From Actinobacteria bacterium RBG_16_68_21 (GTDB lineage: Bacteria; Actinomycetota; Acidimicrobiia; Spongiisociales; UBA11373): a stretch of DNA of 42,219 bases. The stretch is from assembly GCA_001767695.1 (NCBI GenBank), contig MELR01000016.1, positions 18,680 to 60,898 on the forward strand. Direction: 5' to 3'. The position numbers and the translations under genes are program-made. The notes under the pieces were generated by a model that saw only the letters and a list, made by a program, of their open reading frames with translations, had not been told where the DNA came from and made no database searches. Positions 8,363 through 14,982 of the stretch are shown piece by piece; position 1 is the stretch's first letter; each line of letters opens with the position of its first letter.

Positions 8363-9216
8363 CCGACCGCGAAGCAATCATCGAGGCCGTCACCCGAGAG
8401 GTGCTCGCCACCCTGGCCGGTGAGACCTGGGACGAGTGTCTTGCCTGTGTCGGGGATTGTGTCGTGCACTCCGCGCAGAAGGTCCGCTCCGTCCTGGCCG
8501 CGGGAGCCAGCCGCGTCTCGTTCAATGGATTCGGTGCTGACGTGCCGTCCGACCTGGCGGGGTTCATCGACCACACCCTTCTCAAGCCGGACGCGACCGC
8601 GAGCGAGATCGATCGGATGTGCGCCGAGGCGGTCGAGTACCAGTTCGCCTCGGTGTGCGTCAACCCGACTTGGGCCAAGCGGGTGGCAGAAGCGCTGAAG
8701 GGATCGGACGTCGTGGCGTGTTGCGTCGTCGGCTTCCCCTTTGGAGCCACACCACCCGAGATCAAGGCAATGGAGGCGCGTCGGGCGATCCGGGACGGGG
8801 CACGTGAGATCGACATGGTGGTCAACATCGGTGCTCTCAAGTCGGGGGACTACGCGACCGTGGAGCGCGACATCGCCGGGGTCGCCGAGGCGTGCCGCGA
8901 GGCGGGAGCGCTGTGCAAGGTGATCCTGGAGACCGTGTTGCTCACCGACGAGGAGAAGGTGATCGCCTCGCGGCTGGCGGTCAAGGCGCACGCCGACTTC
9001 GTCAAGACCTCGACCGGGTTCGCCGGTGGCGGGGCCACCGTGTACGACGTGGCGTTGATCCGCGAGGCGGTGGGTCCCAAGGTCGGGGTGAAGGCGTCCG
9101 GGGGTATACGCAGCGCCGAGGACGCCCGTCAAATGATCGCCGCCGGCGCCACCCGGATCGGTGCCTCGGCCGGAATCCAGATCGTCACGGAAGGAGCGTC
9201 GAGTGGGCAGTATTGA
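8359..9216 (+). CDS. deoC: Deoxyribose-phosphate aldolase (class I) with encapsulation peptide and Cys-rich N-terminal extension
   Basis: [38 protein letters not shown] (Schiff-base Lys), [21 protein letters not shown] overlap with rpiB. Confidence 0.95.
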   Translation: MTDREAIIEAVTREVLATLAGETWDECLACVGDCVVHSAQKVRSVLAAGASRVSFNGFGADVPSDLAGFIDHTLLKPDATASEIDRMCAEAVEYQFASVCVNPTWAKRVAEALKGSDVVACCVVGFPFGATPPEIKAMEARRAIRDGAREIDMVVNIGALKSGDYATVERDIAGVAEACREAGALCKVILETVLLTDEEKVIASRLAVKAHADFVKTSTGFAGGGATVYDVALIREAVGPKVGVKASGGIRSAEDARQMIAAGATRIGASAGIQIVTEGASSGQY

Positions 9217-9829
9217 CCTTCGGGGCTATTCGTTCCTCGACAGCCTCCAACCCCAGTACGCCGCATTCCTCGGGACCGTGGCCCAGGGATTCCTGCCCCT
9301 CGCCGGGGATGCTTCGCTGTACGTGGAGATCTCCCCGGGGATCGAGATCAACCGCATGACCGACGTAGCGCTGAAGGCCACCAAGGTGAAGCCGGGCATG
9401 CAGATCGTCGAGCGCTACTTCGGACTCCTCGAGGTCCACTCGCCGTCGCAAGCGGAGGTCCGGGCGGCGGGCGCCGCCATCCTCGCCGAGATCGGCGCGG
9501 CGGAGTCGGAGCGCATCAAGCCGCGGATCGCCTCCAGTCAGATCATTCGCCGGATCGACGATCACCAGGCGCAGCTGATCAATCGCATGCGCCACGGCCA
9601 GATGATCATCCCCGGCCAGACGCTGTACCTCCTCGAGATGGAGCCCGCCTCGTACGCGGCGATTGCCGCCAACGAAGCCGAGAAGGCGGCCAACATCAAT
9701 GTTCTCGAGGTGAGATCGTTCGGTTCCCTCGGCCGGGTCTACCTCGGCGGTGAAGAGCGGGATATCGACGTCGGCTGGAGGGCGGCGGTAGCGGCGCTCG
9801 AGGGTCTCGAAGGGAGAGACGCCGGCTGA
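9203..9829 (+). CDS. BMC shell protein, tandem-domain permuted (BMC-Tdp, CsoS1D/CcmP-like)
   Basis: [85 protein letters not shown] at 9191-9196. Confidence 0.9.
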   Translation: MGSIDLRGYSFLDSLQPQYAAFLGTVAQGFLPLAGDASLYVEISPGIEINRMTDVALKATKVKPGMQIVERYFGLLEVHSPSQAEVRAAGAAILAEIGAAESERIKPRIASSQIIRRIDDHQAQLINRMRHGQMIIPGQTLYLLEMEPASYAAIAANEAEKAANINVLEVRSFGSLGRVYLGGEERDIDVGWRAAVAALEGLEGRDAG

Positions 9830-9864
9830 ATCGGGAGTCGGAGAGAAAGGGAGAGCGAAAGCTC

Positions 9865-10164
9865 ATGGCTGAAGCACTCGGAATGATCGAATGCCGCGGG
9901 TTTGCGGCGATGGTTGAGGCCGCCGACGCGATGGTGAAGGCGGCGAAAGTGGAGCTCGTCTCGTACGAGAAGACCGGCGGCGGTTACGTCACCGCGGTGG
10001 TACGCGGCGACGTCGCCGCGGTCAAGGCCGCGATCGACGCCGGCACCCGCGGCGCCGAGAAGGTCGGCGAGGTCGTCTCCACGCACGTCATCGCCCGTCC
10101 GCATGTGAACATCGACCTGGTCCTTCCTCTCGGCCGCGCCGACGAGGCCGCGGCCGAGTCCTGA
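9865..10164 (+). CDS. BMC shell hexamer (BMC-H, PduA/EutM-like)
   Basis: [26 protein letters not shown]...[19 protein letters not shown]...HVIARPH. Confidence 0.97.
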   Translation: MAEALGMIECRGFAAMVEAADAMVKAAKVELVSYEKTGGGYVTAVVRGDVAAVKAAIDAGTRGAEKVGEVVSTHVIARPHVNIDLVLPLGRADEAAAES

Positions 10165-10177
10165 GCCCGGCACCGTC

Positions 10178-10465
10178 ATGTTGCTCGGCCGGGTAGCGGG
10201 GACGCTGGTCGCCTCGAACAAGGAGCCCACGATGGAAGGGCTCAAGTTCCTGGTGATCAAACAGCTAGATGTCGACGACGCCGAGACCGGCGGCTACGTG
10301 ATCGCCGCCGACGCGGTCGGGGCCGGCGTCGGCGAGGTCGTCATGTTTGCCACCGGCTCGTCGGCGCGCCAGACCGCGGCCACCCGGGATCGCCCGTGTG
10401 ATGCGGTGGTGATGGCGATCGTCGACACGTGGGAAATCGGCGGTGAGGTGAGATACACCAAGTGA
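10178..10465 (+). CDS. BMC vertex pentamer (BMC-P, EutN/CcmL family)
   Basis: [12 protein letters not shown]...[13 protein letters not shown]...GSSARQ...DAVVMAIVD. Confidence 0.95.
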   Translation: MLLGRVAGTLVASNKEPTMEGLKFLVIKQLDVDDAETGGYVIAADAVGAGVGEVVMFATGSSARQTAATRDRPCDAVVMAIVDTWEIGGEVRYTK

Positions 10466-11913
10466 AGCCCTACACCGACGAAGAGGTCCAGGCGATCATC
10501 GCCCGGGTGCGCTCCCGTCTCGGCGGGACGCCCGATCGGGTCCCGATCCACCCGCACATCCCCGTCGAAATCCCCGATGCGGATCTCGGGGAGGGGCTGT
10601 ATCCCACGATCGACGACGCCGTGGATGCCGCCGAGCAGGCGCAACTGAAGTACGAAGGTGCCGGCACCGATGTGCGCGAGGCCGTGATCGCTTCGATCCG
10701 CCGGGTGATGCTCGACAACGCCGAGCACCTGGCGAAGATGGCGCACGAGGAGACCGGCCTCGGTCGTACCGAGGACAAGTTGCGCAAGAACATCCTGGTC
10801 GCCACCCGCACGCCCGGTCCCGAGGATCTGGCTCCCCTCATCGAGACCGGCGACGGCGGCATGATGCTGACGGAGCACGCTCCCTTCGGGCTCATCGGCT
10901 CGATCACGCCGACGACCAATCCCACCGCCACCGTCATCAACAACACGATCGCCATCCTCAGCGGGGGCAACGCGGTCGTCTTCAACGTTCACCCCAATGC
11001 CAAGCGGGTCTCGGCGGAGAATGTTCGCCTCCTCAACCGGGCGGTCATCGCCGCCGGCGGCCCCCCCGATCTGGTCACCGCCATTCCCGATCCGACGATC
11101 GAGAGCGCCCAGGCGCTCATGCATCATCCCAAGGTGAGAGTGCTGTTGGTCACCGGCGGACCCGGCGTGGTCCGGGAGGCTCTCAAGACCGACAAGCGCG
11201 CCATCACTGCCGGCCCCGGGAACCCGCCGGCGGTCGTCGACGAGACCGCCGACATCGAACGTGCCGGTCGGGACATCGTCGCCGGAGCGTCCTTCGACAA
11301 CAACGTGATCTGCACGGATGAGAAGACCGGGATCGCGGTGCGGTCGATCGCCGACGAGTTGATCCGGGCCATGGCGCGACACGGCGCTCATGTGCTCAAG
11401 GAGCACGAACTGCGCAAGGTCGAGCGGGTCATTTTCGAGACGATGGGTCCGCCGGGGAAGCCGGGAATCATCAACCGGGCCTGGATAGGGAAGAACGCAG
11501 CAGAGATCGCTGCCGCCGCCGGGGTCGATGTCGACGGCGATCCGCGCCTGCTGCTCGCCGACGTACCCAACGATCACAACCTGGTGTGGACCGAGCAGAT
11601 GATGCCGGTGTTCCCGATCACCAGGGTCGGCGACGTCGACGCCGCCATCGATCTCGCCATCCGTTCCGAGCACCGATTCCGTCATACCGCGTCGATCCAC
11701 TCGACCAACGTGGCCACGATCACCCGGATGGCGCGCTCGATCAACGTCTCGATCTTCATCGCCAACGGTCCCAACTACGCCGGGCTCGGCCGGGGCGGCG
11801 AGGGGTTCACCTCCTTCTCCATCGCCAGTCCCACCGGCGACGGGATGACCCGGCCGCTCACCTTCACCAGGGAACGGCGCATCGCCGTGGTCGGCGCCCT
11901 GAGGATCATCTGA
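10462..11913 (+). CDS. CoA-acylating aldehyde dehydrogenase (EutE/PduP-like) with encapsulation peptide
   Basis: [51 protein letters not shown] (catalytic Cys), [10 protein letters not shown]-terminal helix [17 protein letters not shown]. Confidence 0.93.
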   Translation: MKPYTDEEVQAIIARVRSRLGGTPDRVPIHPHIPVEIPDADLGEGLYPTIDDAVDAAEQAQLKYEGAGTDVREAVIASIRRVMLDNAEHLAKMAHEETGLGRTEDKLRKNILVATRTPGPEDLAPLIETGDGGMMLTEHAPFGLIGSITPTTNPTATVINNTIAILSGGNAVVFNVHPNAKRVSAENVRLLNRAVIAAGGPPDLVTAIPDPTIESAQALMHHPKVRVLLVTGGPGVVREALKTDKRAITAGPGNPPAVVDETADIERAGRDIVAGASFDNNVICTDEKTGIAVRSIADELIRAMARHGAHVLKEHELRKVERVIFETMGPPGKPGIINRAWIGKNAAEIAAAAGVDVDGDPRLLLADVPNDHNLVWTEQMMPVFPITRVGDVDAAIDLAIRSEHRFRHTASIHSTNVATITRMARSINVSIFIANGPNYAGLGRGGEGFTSFSIASPTGDGMTRPLTFTRERRIAVVGALRII

Positions 11914-11914
11914 C

Positions 11915-12508
11915 ATGCATCCGGCACTCGCCCTTCTCGAATTCGAATCGGTGGCGGCGGGCATCGTCGCCGGCGACCTCATGGTCAAACGAGGGCCGGT
12001 GGCGGAGCTTCTCGCCGGGACCGTCCATCCCGGGCACTACCTGGTGATGGTGGTGGGCACGGTGGGTGACGTCGAGGAGGCGATCGCCGCCGGGAGGGAG
12101 GCGTCTCCCGCCGCTCTGATCGACGAGGTGTTCCTTCCCGACGTGCATCCCGACGTCATCGGCGCGATCCATGGGACCCGGGTCGCCGGTGCGGGCGAGG
12201 CTCTCGGGGTGATCGAGACGCACACGGTGGCGGCGACCATCGAGGCTGCTGACGCCGGGGTCAAGGGCGCCCACGTCTTTCTGATGGAGGTCAACCTCGC
12301 CGACGGTCTCGGCGGCCGGGCCTACGCCCTCTTCACCGGCGCGGTGCCGGATGTGGCGGCCGCGGTGTCGATCGGAGCCGGTCGGGTGACGCCCGCCAAA
12401 CTGATCGGAGCCGTCGTCATTCCGCAACTGCACGGGGAGATGGGCAACAACCTGCTCGCTGCCCGCCACTTCGGGGTGAGGCTGGGCCGGGGCGATGCAA
12501 CTCGCTGA
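11915..12508 (+). CDS. BMC shell trimer, single-layer PduT-like (BMC-Ts)
   Basis: Two BMC domains: PALALLEFESVAAGIVAGDLMVK and EALGVIETHTVAATIEAADAGVK...GLGGRA. Confidence 0.9.
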   Translation: MHPALALLEFESVAAGIVAGDLMVKRGPVAELLAGTVHPGHYLVMVVGTVGDVEEAIAAGREASPAALIDEVFLPDVHPDVIGAIHGTRVAGAGEALGVIETHTVAATIEAADAGVKGAHVFLMEVNLADGLGGRAYALFTGAVPDVAAAVSIGAGRVTPAKLIGAVVIPQLHGEMGNNLLAARHFGVRLGRGDATR

Positions 12509-12764
12509 GGTGATCGGCACCGTCGTGGCCAGCGTCAAGTACGAGGGGCTCGAGGGCGTCAAGTTCCTCGTCGTGCAGCCCCTCGATCGTGACCGCCAAC
12601 CCGTGGGACGTCCGGTGGTGGCAGCAGATGCGGTGGCGATGGCGGGTCCGGGCGAGCTCGTCTACGTGGTCGGCTCCCGGGAAGCAGCCCTCGCCATGCC
12701 CGAGCCCTTCGTCCCGGTGGATCATGCCATCGTCGGTATCGTCGACGCGGTCGATCGATCGTGA
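12495..12764 (+). CDS. BMC vertex pentamer (BMC-P)
   Basis: AEVIGTVVASVK...AADAVAMAGPGELV...SREAA...PVDHAIVGIVD. Confidence 0.93.
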   Translation: MQLAEVIGTVVASVKYEGLEGVKFLVVQPLDRDRQPVGRPVVAADAVAMAGPGELVYVVGSREAALAMPEPFVPVDHAIVGIVDAVDRS

Positions 12765-13060
12765 AGATCGGGCGGGTGCACGGCACCGTGGTCTCGACCA
12801 TCAATCATCCGATCTACGACCACCGCAGGCTGCTCATGTGCGACATGCTCGATGCCGACGGCGCCGATACCGGCGATTATCTGATCTGCGTCGATTCCGT
12901 CGGCGCCGGCGCCGGGGAGACCGTGCTGATCATCGACGAGGGGAATTCGGCGCGGCAGGTGGTGGGAGACACCACCGCCCCGATCAGAGCCGTCATCGTG
13001 GGGATCGTCGACGAGCTCATCGTCGATGGGACGACCCACCGGGTGGTCGACGGGGCCTGA
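12761..13060 (+). CDS. BMC vertex pentamer (BMC-P)
   Basis: GRVHGTVVSTINH...CVDSVGAGAGETVL...EGNSARQ...PIRAVIVGIVD. GTGA overlap with the previous gene. Confidence 0.93.
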   Translation: MKIGRVHGTVVSTINHPIYDHRRLLMCDMLDADGADTGDYLICVDSVGAGAGETVLIIDEGNSARQVVGDTTAPIRAVIVGIVDELIVDGTTHRVVDGA

Positions 13061-13107
13061 GGTCTCTGCGGCCGGCACTGGGGCGGTTCCTCTCTAGCCT
13101 CCAGTGG

Positions 13108-13491
13108 GTGAGGCGCCTCATCCCGCTGTTCGTCCTGTTGCTCGGGGCCTGCAACTCGGCCGCCCCAACGCCGACCACCGCCCCTCCGGGGCCCACCACG
13201 ACGACGACCATCGTCGGTGACACGTGCGAGCGGCTCGCCCAGGACGCCGCCGACTATCTCGAGGTCGTGGTCCAGGTCCTCAACGAGACACCCACCGACG
13301 TCTTCACCGATCGGTCGCAGTGGCCCGAGGCGTTGGTGGCGCTCACCCAGCAAGGGACCGATCTGGACGCCCGCTCCGACGCGATGCGCTGTGATCCCGC
13401 AGACATGCAGGCGGCGGTGTTCGCCCTGGCCGACATCGATCCGAAGAGCCCGCTCGCCCGGTATCTCGCCGAACTGCTCGGCCTCGGCTAG
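13108..13491 (+). CDS. Putative lipoprotein
   Basis: MRRLIPLFVLLLGAC lipobox, Thr/Pro linker, helical domain with two Cys. GTG 7 nt after TAGCCT. Confidence 0.75.
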   Translation: MRRLIPLFVLLLGACNSAAPTPTTAPPGPTTTTTIVGDTCERLAQDAADYLEVVVQVLNETPTDVFTDRSQWPEALVALTQQGTDLDARSDAMRCDPADMQAAVFALADIDPKSPLARYLAELLGLG

Positions 13492-14186
13492 CCGTCGGTC
13501 GCAAGCAGCTGCGCGGCCGCGCCGTCGAGCAGCCATAGCGGATCACGACTGGCACGGGCGACCACGGCGGCGGGCAGCTCACTCGACCCATCCAGGATCT
13601 CGGCGACGATCGCCGCCTTCGATGCTCCGGCCACGAGGAACACCGTTCGTCGGGCCCGGCCGAGCAGCGCCCGGGTGGCGGTGAGCCTCCAGCCGATTCC
13701 TTCGACGAACGTCGCCACGTAGTCGCGGGTCGTTTCGGTGAGAGCGGTCGACCCCGGGAACAGCGAGGCGGTGTGCCCGTCTTGACCGACACCGAGCAGT
13801 ACCAGGCCGGGCTCGAGGTGGCCCGAAACGCCCCTGGGAAGCAACCTCGCCAACTCGGCCTCATATGCCTCGGCGGCCGCCGCGGGATCGTCCCTCCAGG
13901 GAACCTCATGGAGGGCGGCGGGGACCGCCGCGAACAGCGCCCGCCGTGCCATGCCGGCGTTGCTGTCGGGATGATCGGCCGGCACATGGCGCTCGTCGGT
14001 CATCCAGCCATCGACCTGTCGCCAGGGCACCGGCCGGCGGCGCAGGCTCTCGTAGGAGCGACGCGGCGTCGATCCCCCGGCGAGGCCGACGCTGCGGCGA
14101 CCGTCGCGAACGCTCAACCACCCCGCCACCTCATCGGCGGCAGCCTCGGCGAGCGCCTGCGGCGATGGAAACACTCGTACGGTCAT
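13488..14186 (-). CDS. pgl: 6-phosphogluconolactonase
   Basis: GLAGGSTP, DERHVPADHPDSNAGM, LLGVGQDGHTASLFP, RLTAT, VAGASKA. Confidence 0.92.
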   Translation of the reverse strand: MTVRVFPSPQALAEAAADEVAGWLSVRDGRRSVGLAGGSTPRRSYESLRRRPVPWRQVDGWMTDERHVPADHPDSNAGMARRALFAAVPAALHEVPWRDDPAAAAEAYEAELARLLPRGVSGHLEPGLVLLGVGQDGHTASLFPGSTALTETTRDYVATFVEGIGWRLTATRALLGRARRTVFLVAGASKAAIVAEILDGSSELPAAVVARASRDPLWLLDGAAAQLLATDG

Positions 14187-14312
14187 TGACCGGCTGATCC
14201 TAGGGCGGGGTGCGGTCGCGTCCCGGGGGGATACCCTCGGGATCGTGACAACACCGAGCCAGCGTCGTTCCGATCGCTCCGGGCCTGAGGACAGCGGCGA
14301 GGTCGGCGCGTG

Positions 14313-14975
14313 GTGAGGGTTCCCGGGAAGATCGAGTGGTCCCCGGGCCGGGTCGTGACGACGGCTGTCGCCGGAGGCAGCGATGGCCCGGCGGTCGTGG
14401 TGCTCGCCCACGGGGCCGGCGCGGGGCGAACCCACCCTTTCATGGCGGCTCTGAGTGGGCGGCTGGCCGCCGGAGGCCTGCAAGTGGTGACCTTCGACTA
14501 CCCGTACATGGCGGAGGGACGCCGCGCTCCCGATCGCCTCGAGACGCTGGTTGCTGCCCATCGGGCGGTGATCGCCGCGGTGCCGCACTCGGGGCGCGGG
14601 CTGGTTCTCGCCGGCAAGTCGATGGGTGGCCGGGTCGCCTCGCATCTCACCGACGTTCCCTGCGACGGGTTGGTGTTCTTCGGCTATCCCCTCGTTGCGG
14701 TCGGCAAGACGGCGCCGCGGGACACCAGCCACCTCGGAGGGCGGTCGGTGCCGATGCTCTTCATCCAAGGGGAACGAGATCGGCTGGCTCCGCTCGAGGT
14801 CCTGCGACCCGTCGTCGGGCGATTGCCCCACGCCGATCTGGTGGTGATCTCCGATGCCGATCACTCGTTTCGAGTGCCGAAGCGCTCCGGGCGGACGGAC
14901 GCCGACGTGATCGATCAGCTCGCCACCGCGGTGCTGGCATGGGGGCCTGCCGGGGGCCGGGCGTCTCCGGGATAG
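14313..14975 (+). CDS. Alpha/beta hydrolase (KANL3/Tex30-like)
   Basis: LAHGAGA, FDYPY, GKSMGGR nucleophile elbow, GYPL, QGERD, DADHSF. Start at GTG 14310 or 14313. Confidence 0.88.
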   Translation: MRVPGKIEWSPGRVVTTAVAGGSDGPAVVVLAHGAGAGRTHPFMAALSGRLAAGGLQVVTFDYPYMAEGRRAPDRLETLVAAHRAVIAAVPHSGRGLVLAGKSMGGRVASHLTDVPCDGLVFFGYPLVAVGKTAPRDTSHLGGRSVPMLFIQGERDRLAPLEVLRPVVGRLPHADLVVISDADHSFRVPKRSGRTDADVIDQLATAVLAWGPAGGRASPG

Positions 14976-14982
14976 CAGGCGT

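Noticed and set aside
9203-13060. Carboxysome, Pdu or Eut identity for the shell genes
   Set aside because: No RuBisCO, carbonic anhydrase, diol dehydratase, ethanolamine ammonia-lyase or glycyl-radical enzyme. The cargo is RpiB, DeoC and AldDH.
7047-13100. BMC locus as a recent mobile island
   Set aside because: No integrase, transposase, tRNA target or flanking direct repeats, no visible compositional shift, and promoter style matches the host.
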